From Candidatus Latescibacterota bacterium (lineage in GTDB: Bacteria; Latescibacterota; UBA2968; UBA8231): DNA of 64,000 bases. Below the pieces are notes generated by a model. The model was not told the DNA's origin and did not search any database. It saw only the letters and a list, made by a program, of their open reading frames with translations. Each line of letters begins with the position of its first letter. The first letter of the stretch is position 1. The stretch spans positions 6,432,001-6,496,000 of the forward strand of contig OZ253462.1 in assembly GCA_965261395.1 (NCBI GenBank), in the 5' to 3' direction. This document shows positions 53,818 to 63,883 of the stretch, piece after piece. Both the position numbers and the translations under genes were made by a program.

Positions 53818-55485
53818 ATGCTCATGCGGGCCGTTGTGGGAGTCGCACTCGCGTCGCTGTGGTGGAGTGGCTGCGGGCCGAAAGTGGATGGCGACGTGGT
53901 CGCCAAGGTAGGCGACGAAGAGATCAAACTCGCAGCATTGCGCCAGTTCCGCGAAGAGTCCACCGCCAACTACCGCGACCCCGAAGAGAGGCAGGCGTGG
54001 CGCTTCTACTTGCAGACGATGATCGACATGAAGCTGATGCTCATCGAGGCGCGGGAGCGGCGGCTGGATCAGACCGTGGAGTTCATGCGCCAATGGGAGC
54101 GGGAACGGCGCAAGAAACTGGTTGATGAGTACGCCGTGCGCACCATCCTCGCGGATGTAGATCTCGCAGTAGAAGGCATGCGTCAGGGTTTTGCGACGAG
54201 CAAGTGGAATCGGATGCTGCGCTTGGCCCATATCCGCACCGCCAGCGCGGCAGAAGCCCAAAAGGCCATGCGCGACTTGGAGCAGGGGCGAGATTTTGCC
54301 GAGGTCGCCCGCGGGCGTTCTATAGCGCCGACAGCCGCCCACGGCGGGGTACTCGATACTTGGTACGGGCGCGGCAACTTGGAGGAGGTGGGCCTGCCCA
54401 TAGAAGTGGGGGAGCAGGTATTCGACCTACAGGTTGGGGACTTGAGCCAGCCCTTACTCGTGGGGGAACACTACGAGATTTTCAAGGTGCTGTCCCAAGG
54501 TCCGGCACCTGAACACTACCGAGCAGCCTTCTTGCGCGAGCAGTACTGGAAGGAGTTTCGCACCCGCTGGCAGGAGCTGACCGCACAGCTCAAAGACCGA
54601 CTAAACGCACAGCTAGATGGCGAGGCGATCCGGTTGCTGGTCGATAGGATGGCCGAATCCGACAGCCGGGGGATGCTGTTGAGTCCCGAAGAGCAGGAAG
54701 TGATCCTCTGCCGCTTCAAGGGCGGGCAGGTAACGCTGCGGGATTTCGCCGAAACCTATAACGCCTATTGGTTCATCCGCTCGGTCTCCTTCGACAGCAG
54801 CGGGATTTCCGAGTTCGTCCACCGGGACCTCTTGCCGCGGACCCTCGTCTATCAAGCGGCGTTGCAGGAAGGTCTGGACCAGGATTCGACCATAGCTGCC
54901 TGGTTGCAGGACAAGAAAAAATCACTGCTGCTCGAAGCCCTTCGCAGAGAGGACGTCGTGCAGCGGACCGAAGTCGATAGCGCCATGGCCCGCCAGTATT
55001 ACGACGACCATCCGCAAATGTTCATGGAACTGGAAGAGATTCGGGTGGCGGAGGTGCTGGTGGCGAGTCGCACCGAGGCGGAACAACTCTTGCAGCGGAT
55101 CCGCGCTGGCGAACGCCTAGAAACGCTGGCCACCCACCACACGCTCCGCACAGATGCCGAAGGTGGGCAATACCACATCCACAATCACCCCTCCGAGCGG
55201 CGAGTTTTCGGTGCCCTTTACGACTCGGTGGTCGTCGCGCCGGTGGGGGTGCTCACCGGCCCGGTGGCCCTCGACGAGGGCTATTCGATCTTCGAGGTGC
55301 GGGAGCGTATTCCCCCTCGTCCGACGCCTTTTGAACAAGCAGCTTCGCGGGCGAAGTGGTGGGTGCAGAAGCAGCAAGAAAAGACTCTCTTCGACGCCTT
55401 GTTCACCCGGCTCAGGGATCAGTACGCCGATAAGGTTGTGGTGTTTGAAGAGCAATTGGGCAAACTAGAAGCCAGCCCCCACTAG
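53818..55485 (+). CDS. PpiC/parvulin-type peptidyl-prolyl isomerase lipoprotein (SurA/PrsA-like, two rotamase domains)
   Basis: Lipobox WSGC, VVAKVGDEEI, LAHI...F.EVAR..S...GG.L, second domain with GPV...GYSIFEV. Confidence 0.8.
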   Translation: MLMRAVVGVALASLWWSGCGPKVDGDVVAKVGDEEIKLAALRQFREESTANYRDPEERQAWRFYLQTMIDMKLMLIEARERRLDQTVEFMRQWERERRKKLVDEYAVRTILADVDLAVEGMRQGFATSKWNRMLRLAHIRTASAAEAQKAMRDLEQGRDFAEVARGRSIAPTAAHGGVLDTWYGRGNLEEVGLPIEVGEQVFDLQVGDLSQPLLVGEHYEIFKVLSQGPAPEHYRAAFLREQYWKEFRTRWQELTAQLKDRLNAQLDGEAIRLLVDRMAESDSRGMLLSPEEQEVILCRFKGGQVTLRDFAETYNAYWFIRSVSFDSSGISEFVHRDLLPRTLVYQAALQEGLDQDSTIAAWLQDKKKSLLLEALRREDVVQRTEVDSAMARQYYDDHPQMFMELEEIRVAEVLVASRTEAEQLLQRIRAGERLETLATHHTLRTDAEGGQYHIHNHPSERRVFGALYDSVVVAPVGVLTGPVALDEGYSIFEVRERIPPRPTPFEQAASRAKWWVQKQQEKTLFDALFTRLRDQYADKVVVFEEQLGKLEASPH

Positions 55486-55548
55486 CCCATGCCATCACTC
55501 GTCGGGGCAACCCACACTCACCTCAACTTCTCCGCCTCCTACTAGTCC

Positions 55549-57192
55549 GTGGTCGCGGTTTTGTCTTTGTGGACGCTGCTCGTCGTGGGCGGCGCGGGAT
55601 GCGGACCAGCGGACATAGAGACCGGACCGGCGTTTGTAGAGGTGGCACAGGAGGCGGGCATTGAATTCCACCATCAGAATGGGGCGAGTGGGCGCTACTA
55701 CTATGTGGAAACCTATGGGTCGGGCGCGGCCTTCCTCGACTACGACAACGACGGCTATCCCGACCTCTATGTGGTCAACAGCGCGCCGCTGCCCGGCTCT
55801 ACCGCCGAGGTCGTCCCGACCAACGCGCTGTACCGCAACCTCGGCAACGGCGCGTTCGCAGATGCTACGGCGCGCACCCAAACAGGCGACCCAAGTTACG
55901 GCATGGGCACCTGTGCTGGGGACGTAGATAACGATGGGCACGTGGATCTATACGTGACCAACTTTGGCCCCAACGTCCTCTATCGCAATCAGGGCGACGG
56001 CACCTTTGCCGATCAAACCGCCGACGCCGGGGTCGGCGACCCCCGCCTGAGCACTAGCGCGGCGTTTGCCGACATCGACAACGACGGCGATCTGGACCTC
56101 TATGTGGCCAACAACGTCTCCGTTGACCTAGCGCATGACGAAGGGTGCCGCCAAGGGGCAATCCCGGTCTATTGCGCTCCCACTCAGTACAAAGGAGAAT
56201 CCGGTGTCCTCTTCCGCAACGATCGGGGCGGGAAGTTCGCCGACATTACCCGGCCAGCCGGCGTGTACAGCGAAGCCGGTCGCCAGTTGGGCGTCGTCTT
56301 TGGTGACTACGACGGCGACGGTGACGCGGACCTGTATGTGGCCAACGACATGAAGGCCAATTTCCTCTTCCGCAACGACGGCGCGGCGCGGTTCGCCGAA
56401 GTGGGATTGAGCGCGGGGGTGGCGCTCAGCGAGAGCGCTCGCCCCGAGGCCGGCATGGGCACGGACTTTGGCGACTGCGACCGGGACGGCGACTTGGATA
56501 TCGTGGTCTGCAACTTCCAGTGGGAAAGCTGCCGCCTCTATCGCAACGAGGGCGACGGTGCATTTGCCGACCTGAGCTTTCCGTCGGGGTTGGGCGAGCC
56601 TACGCTTTCGACCTTGACTTTTGGCACGGATTTTTTCGACTACGACAACGACGGCGACCTAGATCTCTATCTGGCCAATGGCCACGTCCATCCAGAAGTC
56701 CAGGCGTTCGACCAAGCCGCGTCCTATCCGCAATCGGACCAGCTCTTTGCCAACGACGGGACCGGACGGTTTGCCCTGGTGCAGGCTACGACCCTGCGCG
56801 GAGTCGGCCGGGGTGCGGCCTTTGCCGACTACGACAACGACGGCGATTTGGATGCTTTTGTCTCCAATAACAACCAGCGAGCGTTTTTGCTGCGCAACGA
56901 CCGCGGCCAGCGCAACCACTGGATCGCATTTAAGACCATAGGCCGAGTTAGCAATCGGGACGGGATCGGGGCGGTGATCCGGGTAGTAAGCGGCGATTTG
57001 GTGCAGATCGAGGAGGTGCGCAGCGGCAGCAGCTATCTTTCGCAAAACGATCTACGGGTGTACTTCGGCTTGGGCCAGCGGGAACAGGTGGATCGCGTCC
57101 AGATCCGCTGGCCCAGCGGGATCGTGCAGACGCTCGTAGAATTGCCCATTGACCAGATCCACCAAGTGGAAGAACCGCCTTCCTCCGGCTGA
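55549..57192 (+). CDS. CRTAC1-family lipoprotein (FG-GAP/VCBS plus ASPIC/UnbV)
   Basis: Lipobox GAGC, DYDNDG repeats, NRDGIGA, VYFGLG, IRWPSG; start uncertain (55489 or 55549). Confidence 0.88.
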   Translation: MVAVLSLWTLLVVGGAGCGPADIETGPAFVEVAQEAGIEFHHQNGASGRYYYVETYGSGAAFLDYDNDGYPDLYVVNSAPLPGSTAEVVPTNALYRNLGNGAFADATARTQTGDPSYGMGTCAGDVDNDGHVDLYVTNFGPNVLYRNQGDGTFADQTADAGVGDPRLSTSAAFADIDNDGDLDLYVANNVSVDLAHDEGCRQGAIPVYCAPTQYKGESGVLFRNDRGGKFADITRPAGVYSEAGRQLGVVFGDYDGDGDADLYVANDMKANFLFRNDGAARFAEVGLSAGVALSESARPEAGMGTDFGDCDRDGDLDIVVCNFQWESCRLYRNEGDGAFADLSFPSGLGEPTLSTLTFGTDFFDYDNDGDLDLYLANGHVHPEVQAFDQAASYPQSDQLFANDGTGRFALVQATTLRGVGRGAAFADYDNDGDLDAFVSNNNQRAFLLRNDRGQRNHWIAFKTIGRVSNRDGIGAVIRVVSGDLVQIEEVRSGSSYLSQNDLRVYFGLGQREQVDRVQIRWPSGIVQTLVELPIDQIHQVEEPPSSG

Positions 57193-57194
57193 AC

Positions 57195-58721
57195 ATGAGC
57201 AACCAGTGGAAAAGGACCAGAACGCGCTGCTGGGCCATTTTCTGCCTGCTAGCCCTGCTCGATGGGTGCACGCCCGCCGAAGAGAGCCTAGGTGAGCGGG
57301 AGGTCCGCTATCAGCGTCAAATCGCGGAAGACCCGACAGACGCCGATGCCCATTACGCGCTCGGCCAAGTGTACCACGAACAGGCGCACTACCCTGAGGC
57401 CCTACAGTCCTTTCGCCAAGCCCAAGCGCTGGATTCCACCCACACCGGAGCGCAGGTGGGGATCGGCAACATCCTGTTTAAGAGAGGCGAATTAGATCGA
57501 GCCGCAAACGCATACCAACAGGCCGCGCAGGGATGTGCCGATTGTGCGGACGCGCACCGGGGGCTGGGGGCTGTCTATCTGCGGCAGCGGCGCTTGGCGG
57601 AATCCCGCCAAGCCTACCAGCAGGCGCTTTTAAGCGAGCCGGATCACGCCCCCTCGCACTACAATATCGGCGCGGCCTTTGCTCAAGAAGGCGTGTATCA
57701 AGAGGCGGCGGCGGCGATGGAACAAGCCATTGCCAGCGACTCTAAATACATCCTAGCGCACACCGCGTTGGGAGATGTGTACTGTCTCAAGCTGGGGCAG
57801 TGCGAAAAGGCCGCGGCGATCCTTGAGCAGGCCGTGAACTTGCAACCAACAGCGGTCGCCCCCCGGATCGGCTTGGGGCGGACACACCTTCGCCTAGGGA
57901 AATACGAGGCGGCGGCGGCGAGCTTTGAGGCGGCTGTTGCAGCGGATTCGACGGCCGCGGCGGCATTTAACTGGCTCGGGGTAGCCCACACCAAGCTGGG
58001 GCAATACGAGCCGGCGGCCCAAGCCCTGCGCCGCGCCATTCACTTGGATATGCTCTACCCCCAAGCCTATTACAACCTATCCCAGACCTACCAGAAACAA
58101 GGCAAGGCCAAGGAGAGCGAAGCGGCTTTGCACGCCTTCAACCGCATTGATGCGTACTCTGGAGACATTCTCCGGTGGAAAACAATACTGGACGGCAATC
58201 CGCACGATGCTATGGCACTCTTTGAACTGGGCCGGATCTATGCGAGACTGGGCGTAGCAAGCGAAGCGGCCGCGGCCTTCCAGCGCGCGCTGACGATCAA
58301 CCCCGCCCATGCGCCGGCTTGGCACAATCTGGGCAATGCCTACGCTCGCCTCGACCGCTTGGACGAAGCCATCGCCGCCTACCGCAAGGCGCTGGCACTG
58401 GACGAAGGGTACGCCCTTGCTTGGTACAACCTCGGCAACGCCCATTTTGCCAAGGGGGAACTGGCTCAAGCCCGCAAGGCATTCACTGCGGCGCTCGATC
58501 ACCGAGAAGGGTACGCGGACGCCTACCACGGCCTCGGGGGGGTGGCGCTGCGCGCAGGAGCGGCCGAGGAGGCGGTTGACCACTTTCGCACGGTCCTAGC
58601 GGCGGACTCAAGCTATGCCCGCGCCCATTACGGCTTGGCCTTGGCCTACCGGGCGCTCGGCGACTCTCTGCGCGCCGTGCAGGCACTGGCACACTTCAAG
58701 CGGCTGCGCGATGGGCCGTAA
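57195..58721 (+). CDS. Tetratricopeptide-repeat protein, probably exported
   Basis: About a dozen TPR units (AHYALG...A...A...P), N-terminal lipobox-like LDGC. Confidence 0.88.
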   Translation: MSNQWKRTRTRCWAIFCLLALLDGCTPAEESLGEREVRYQRQIAEDPTDADAHYALGQVYHEQAHYPEALQSFRQAQALDSTHTGAQVGIGNILFKRGELDRAANAYQQAAQGCADCADAHRGLGAVYLRQRRLAESRQAYQQALLSEPDHAPSHYNIGAAFAQEGVYQEAAAAMEQAIASDSKYILAHTALGDVYCLKLGQCEKAAAILEQAVNLQPTAVAPRIGLGRTHLRLGKYEAAAASFEAAVAADSTAAAAFNWLGVAHTKLGQYEPAAQALRRAIHLDMLYPQAYYNLSQTYQKQGKAKESEAALHAFNRIDAYSGDILRWKTILDGNPHDAMALFELGRIYARLGVASEAAAAFQRALTINPAHAPAWHNLGNAYARLDRLDEAIAAYRKALALDEGYALAWYNLGNAHFAKGELAQARKAFTAALDHREGYADAYHGLGGVALRAGAAEEAVDHFRTVLAADSSYARAHYGLALAYRALGDSLRAVQALAHFKRLRDGP

Positions 58722-58722
58722 C

Positions 58723-60891
58723 ATGCGGTCTATGCTGGGCCTAGCTCTCGTCGCGCTATCTTGCGCCACAGAGCCGTCGATGCCCTACCAAGCCCCTAGC
58801 ACAAAGCGCATGGCCGCCCGCCTAGCGGAGATCGCGCAGAATCTGAACCCCGCCATTAATACCTATATCAACGCGGCGCGGGTAGAATACCTCAAGACCT
58901 TGCCGCAGCCGCCTGATACCGCTGGCCGCCTGCGCGCCAGGGCCTATCTGGCGCGGGAACTGTTGCGCGCTGGCCAGAGCCAAGCCGCCATCGCCGAGTT
59001 CGAAAAACTCCAGCCACAGCTACAACAAGTCGATCTCAGACTGACCCCAGACGTGCGCGTCCTGCTGGGGTTATCCCATATGCGCCTCGGGGAGCAGGAA
59101 AACTGTCTCGCTCGGCACGCGACGGCCTCGTGTCTTTTGCCGATTGGCAGCGACGGAGTCCACACCATTGAGCGGGGGTCGCGGGCGGCGCGGGCGGAAT
59201 TCGCCGCGTATTTGGCAGATCACCCAGACGACCTCACCGTCCGCTGGCTTTTGAATATCGCCTACATGACCTTGGGCATGTACCCCGAGCAGGTGCCAGC
59301 GCAGTGGCTCGTTCCGCCCGAGGTTTTTGACTCCGACTACGATATCAAGCGTTTCGCCGATGTGGCACCGGCGCTGGGCCTAGATTTGGTCTCCATGGCC
59401 GGCGGCAGCATCATGGACGACTTCGACGGCGACGGCCATCTGGATATCATGGCCTCGTCTTGGGGCCTCAGCGACCAACTCCGCTATTTTGCCAACCTCG
59501 GCACTGGGACCTTTGCCGAACGGACCGCGGTGGCCGGCCTGACCGGGATCGTCGGCGGATTGCAGATTGTACACGCCGACTACGATAACAACGGCTATGC
59601 GGATGTGTTGGTTTTGCGCGGGGGCTGGTGGGAAGACGACGGCCTGCATCCCAACTCGCTATTGCACAACAACGGCAATGGGACCTTTGCCGACGTCACC
59701 GAGCAGGTCGGCCTGCTCACCTTCCACCCGACGCAGACAGCCGCTTGGGGGGACTACGACAACGACGGCTGGTTGGACCTTTTCGTTGGCAACGAGTCGT
59801 ATGGAGGCCGGATCCATCGGTGTGAACTCTTCCACAGCAACGGGCAGGCAGAGGATTTGCAGTTTGCCGAGGTGGGCGAGGCAACCGGGGTCGCCGTCGT
59901 CGGCTATGTAAAAGGGACCGCTTGGGGCGATTACGACAACGACGGCCTAATTGACCTGTACGTCTCGCGGCTCACCGGCACCAATTTCCTCTTTGCCAAC
60001 GACGGTGCCAACGAGTTCGGCGGGTGGACCTTCACCGACAAGAGCAAGGAAGCAGGCGTTATCGAACCACTAGGCAGCTTCCCGGCTTGGTTCTGGGACT
60101 ACGACAACGACGGCTGGCTGGACCTTTTCGTCTCGGGGTACCACTACGAGGCCAACGCCGGCGATGTGGCCGCCGACTATCTGGGGCTGGCGACCGCGGC
60201 CGAGCGTCCCCGCCTGTACCGCAACAATGGCGATGGGACCTTTGCCGAGCGCAGCGCAGAAGCGGGCGTTGGCAAGGTGCTCTATACGATGGGTTGCGAT
60301 TTCGGCGACCTCGACAACGACGGTTGGCTGGATTTTTATGCTGGCACGGGGTCGCCTTCGCTGCGCTCAGTCATGCCCAACCGCATGTTCCGCAATACCG
60401 ACGGGCACTTCTTCGAGGACGTTACCACCTCCGGCGGCTTCGGCCATCTGCAAAAAGGGCACGGCGTGGCCTTTGGTGACTACGACAACGACGGCGATCA
60501 GGATATCTATGCGGTCCTGGGCGGGGCCTATACCGGGGACGTGTTCCAGAATGTCCTCTTTGAAAATCCCGGGCACGGCAATCACTGGATCGCGCTCCTG
60601 TTGGAAGGGGTACAATCCAACCGCGCCGCCTTGGGAGCGCGCATCAGGGTCCAAGTCTCGACCGCGGAGGGACCGAGGAACATCTACGCCACCGTTGGCA
60701 CGGGTGCCAGCTTCGGGGGATCGAGTCTGCAACAGGAGATCGGCCTAGGACAGGCCACGGCCATCGAAGCCGTCGAAGTTACTTGGCCGGCCACGGGCGC
60801 GCAGCAACTGTTTACCAACCTCGAAATGGATCAGTACTACGGCATCCGCGAAGGCGACCGGACGCTGGTCCGGCTCGATCGACGTCGCTAG
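58723..60891 (+). CDS. CRTAC1-family protein with N-terminal helical/Cys-containing domain
   Basis: RLGEQENC...SCLLPI, WLLNIAYMTLG.YP, DYDNDGWLDLFV repeats, GHLQKGHGV, NRAALGARI, EIGLG. Confidence 0.85.
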   Translation: MRSMLGLALVALSCATEPSMPYQAPSTKRMAARLAEIAQNLNPAINTYINAARVEYLKTLPQPPDTAGRLRARAYLARELLRAGQSQAAIAEFEKLQPQLQQVDLRLTPDVRVLLGLSHMRLGEQENCLARHATASCLLPIGSDGVHTIERGSRAARAEFAAYLADHPDDLTVRWLLNIAYMTLGMYPEQVPAQWLVPPEVFDSDYDIKRFADVAPALGLDLVSMAGGSIMDDFDGDGHLDIMASSWGLSDQLRYFANLGTGTFAERTAVAGLTGIVGGLQIVHADYDNNGYADVLVLRGGWWEDDGLHPNSLLHNNGNGTFADVTEQVGLLTFHPTQTAAWGDYDNDGWLDLFVGNESYGGRIHRCELFHSNGQAEDLQFAEVGEATGVAVVGYVKGTAWGDYDNDGLIDLYVSRLTGTNFLFANDGANEFGGWTFTDKSKEAGVIEPLGSFPAWFWDYDNDGWLDLFVSGYHYEANAGDVAADYLGLATAAERPRLYRNNGDGTFAERSAEAGVGKVLYTMGCDFGDLDNDGWLDFYAGTGSPSLRSVMPNRMFRNTDGHFFEDVTTSGGFGHLQKGHGVAFGDYDNDGDQDIYAVLGGAYTGDVFQNVLFENPGHGNHWIALLLEGVQSNRAALGARIRVQVSTAEGPRNIYATVGTGASFGGSSLQQEIGLGQATAIEAVEVTWPATGAQQLFTNLEMDQYYGIREGDRTLVRLDRRR

Positions 60892-60995
60892 CCATGCATT
60901 CCTGCGGTGGGAAATTGCGCTGACGGCGACCCGCACGACTCAACTGTCCGTTTTGGGCTAGGCCGTATCTTTCCAAACTAGGCCGCCGCGAAATT

Positions 60996-62471
60996 TCACC
61001 CTCGCCAGTCCTTCTCCAGCCGGCTCGCCTGTTTCTTAGACAGCCCACCCAACGCCTTCATAGCATCTAACAGCCGCATCCGCGTCAATTCTGGTCCCAA
61101 GAGCGCGGCGGATTCAAAAAGCGGCGGCCCCACCCGCTCGCCAGTCAGCGCGACAATGAGCGGTACGGTCACGTCGCGCACCGGCCACTCCCAATGCGTG
61201 GCTACTCGGCGCACGGCCTCGGCCACGTCGTCTTTGTCCCACTCCACCACCTCATCCAAGGCCCATACGGCTGTTTGCAACATTCGCGCCACCTCCGCGG
61301 CCTCCCGCTTCTTCGGGATTAAATCCTCGGCCTTTGGCTCCACCTGCCGGGCGAAGAAAAACGCCACGCGCGGCACAAAATCCCCTAGCGTCTCTAGCCG
61401 CTGCTGCATAAACGGCAGCATCTGCCCGACGTATTCGTCGTTGAGCAGCCAGTCCTTTAGCTCCGCCAACAGGGCTTCCGGCGTCCGATCTTCGCGCAAA
61501 TAGCGTCCATTGAGCCAGCCCAGCTTGTCTATATCAAAGATGGAGCCGCCCAAGTTGATCTTCGCCGGGTCGAAATGCTCTGTTAGTTGCTCCAAAGTGA
61601 ACTTTTCTTCTCCGATCGGCGGATGGGCCATGAGCGCCAAGTAGTTGAGCAGGGCCGGCGGCACGTAGCCGGCGCGGCGATAGTATTCCACTGAGGTCGG
61701 ATTCCGCCGCTTCGACATCTTGGAACCATCGGGATTGAGCAACAATGGCAGGTGCATGTACGTCGGCGGCGTCCAGCCAAAAGCCTCGTAGAGCATGAGG
61801 TGCTTGGGCGTGGAGGTGATCCACTCCTCCCCCCGAATCACGTGGCTGATCCGCATCAGGTGATCGTCCACCACTACGGCCAAGTGGTAGGTCGGAAAGC
61901 CATCGGACTTCATCAGCACTTGGTCGTCCATATTCCCCCACTGTAGGGAAATTGGTCCCCGGAGCATGTCTTCGACGACACATACTCCTTCCTGCGGCAT
62001 TTCCAGCCGAATCACGTGCACACATCCTGCCCGCATCTTGGTCTCGACCTCGCTGGCAGCCAGCGCCCGGCAATGTCCATCGTAGCCGATATGCTCCTTG
62101 CGCTCCTGCTGCTCCGCCCGCAGCGCGGCCAGCCGCTCGCTCGTGCAAAAGCAGGGATAGGCGTGCCCGCTGGCGACCAACTTCGCGGCGTATTCCGCGT
62201 AGATGGCTAAACGCTCACTCTGCCGATACGGACCGTAGGGGCCGCCCACATCGGGGCCCTCGTCCCACGCCAGCCCCAGCCACCGCAGCGACTGCATGAG
62301 TTGATCTTCGTACTTCTTTTCCGACCGCGCTTGGTCAGTGTCCTCAATGCGCAGCACAAACTGCCCTTCGTTTTGCCGCGCCCACACCCAGTCGAATAGC
62401 GCTTGGTACGCGGTCCCTACATGCATGGGGCCGGTCGGCGAAGGTGCGATGCGCACCCGCACGTCTGTCAT
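60996..62471 (-). CDS. gltX: Glutamate--tRNA ligase
   Basis: RIAPSPTG.MHVGT, LRIEDTD, PYRQSER, PTYHLAVVVDD, IRGEEW, KMSKR. Confidence 0.95.
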   Translation of the reverse strand: MTDVRVRIAPSPTGPMHVGTAYQALFDWVWARQNEGQFVLRIEDTDQARSEKKYEDQLMQSLRWLGLAWDEGPDVGGPYGPYRQSERLAIYAEYAAKLVASGHAYPCFCTSERLAALRAEQQERKEHIGYDGHCRALAASEVETKMRAGCVHVIRLEMPQEGVCVVEDMLRGPISLQWGNMDDQVLMKSDGFPTYHLAVVVDDHLMRISHVIRGEEWITSTPKHLMLYEAFGWTPPTYMHLPLLLNPDGSKMSKRRNPTSVEYYRRAGYVPPALLNYLALMAHPPIGEEKFTLEQLTEHFDPAKINLGGSIFDIDKLGWLNGRYLREDRTPEALLAELKDWLLNDEYVGQMLPFMQQRLETLGDFVPRVAFFFARQVEPKAEDLIPKKREAAEVARMLQTAVWALDEVVEWDKDDVAEAVRRVATHWEWPVRDVTVPLIVALTGERVGPPLFESAALLGPELTRMRLLDAMKALGGLSKKQASRLEKDWRG

Positions 62472-62641
62472 CTTTTATCTCCTCGTCTTTTGGGTTAGAA
62501 ATTAAGCCCCAGCCGCTCCCGCGCAACGCGGCCTATTGCACATTTAGCTTTTTTGCCTAAGTTTATAACTTATAACAATTAACGCACATTCGCTGACATC
62601 TCGCGTCACGCATCCCCCCTACAACTCAATAGACAGGATTT

Positions 62642-63841
62642 ATGCAGTTTACCGAGCTTGACCTAGCCCCCTACATCCTCAGAGCACTCGACGAGATGGG
62701 CTACGAAGAAATGACGCCCATCCAAGAACAAACCATTCCCCACATTATCGCCGACAAAGACGTCATGGGCCTAGCTGAAACCGGCTCTGGCAAAACCGGT
62801 GCCTGCGCCATTCCTATAATCCAAGCCACAGACGAGTCGCTCAACGCCATCCAAGCCCTCATCTTGGTCCCCACCCGCGAACTGGCACTCCAATACGTCC
62901 AAGAGGTGGACGAAATCGCCAAGCACTCAGGCGTGGTGCCGTTTGCCATCTACGGCGGCTTTGACATGGATATCCAAAAGGCCAAGATCAACCACGGCGT
63001 CCACGTACTCGTGGCCACTCCCGGCCGCCTCATCGACTTTATATGGAACCACAGCCTCGACCTGACCCACGTCAAAACCGTGGTTCTCGACGAGGCCGAC
63101 GAGATGCTCAAGATGGGCTTTATCGAAGACGTGGACTTTATCATGGACTGCATCATGCAGGAATACCAAACCTTGCTCTTTTCCGCTACCATGCCCTCGG
63201 AGATAGAGCGGCTAACCCAACAATACCTCAAATCGCCCGAGCGCGTTCATCTCAACCGCGACCAGCGGGCACCCCAATCGCTCGCCCATCACTTCCTCCA
63301 CGTCTCCCGCCGCCGCAGTGACGCGCTCGTCGATTACATCGAGGACCAAGAGATCCAACAGGGCATCATATTCTGCAACTCGCGCGACAAAGCATCCGAC
63401 TTGTTCCGCGACCTACAAAGGCGCGTCCGCTCGGTTGACATCATCCACGGCGGGCTAGACCAAGAGCGACGCACCTCCATCTTCCGCCGTTTCCGCCAGA
63501 AGAAGATCCGCTTTATGGTCGCCACAGACGTGGCCGGGCGCGGCCTCGATTTTTCGCACGTCACCCACGTCATCAACTACGATTTCCCCTTTAACGCCGA
63601 CATCTACACCCACCGCACGGGCCGGGCCGGACGCATGGGCCGGGTGGGCAAGGCTCTGACCTTGGTCGGAGACCACGACCTCCGCGACCTCAAGCGCCTG
63701 CTCAACGCCAACCCCATCCACGCGCATTGGGAAGGCACTGCGCCCGATTTGGACGACATCCGCGCCAAACGCAATGGCCAAGGACGCGGGCGCGGGCGGA
63801 GACGACCCCGAGGCGGCAGAACCTCCTCCAAAACCAGTTAG
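62642..63841 (+). CDS. DEAD-box RNA helicase
   Basis: Q motif TPIQ, AETGSGKT, PTRELA, TPGRL, DEAD, SAT, HRTGRAGR, Arg/Gly-rich tail. Confidence 0.95.
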   Translation: MQFTELDLAPYILRALDEMGYEEMTPIQEQTIPHIIADKDVMGLAETGSGKTGACAIPIIQATDESLNAIQALILVPTRELALQYVQEVDEIAKHSGVVPFAIYGGFDMDIQKAKINHGVHVLVATPGRLIDFIWNHSLDLTHVKTVVLDEADEMLKMGFIEDVDFIMDCIMQEYQTLLFSATMPSEIERLTQQYLKSPERVHLNRDQRAPQSLAHHFLHVSRRRSDALVDYIEDQEIQQGIIFCNSRDKASDLFRDLQRRVRSVDIIHGGLDQERRTSIFRRFRQKKIRFMVATDVAGRGLDFSHVTHVINYDFPFNADIYTHRTGRAGRMGRVGKALTLVGDHDLRDLKRLLNANPIHAHWEGTAPDLDDIRAKRNGQGRGRGRRRPRGGRTSSKTS

Positions 63842-63883
63842 GCGCTCCTCGCAACTCAGCCCAGCTATCTATGGGCCGTTTAC

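Noticed and set aside
62530-62600. Sigma70 promoters between gltX and the DEAD-box helicase
   Set aside because: AT-rich with TATAAC/TTGC-like hexamers, but no pair with convincing spacing could be assigned.
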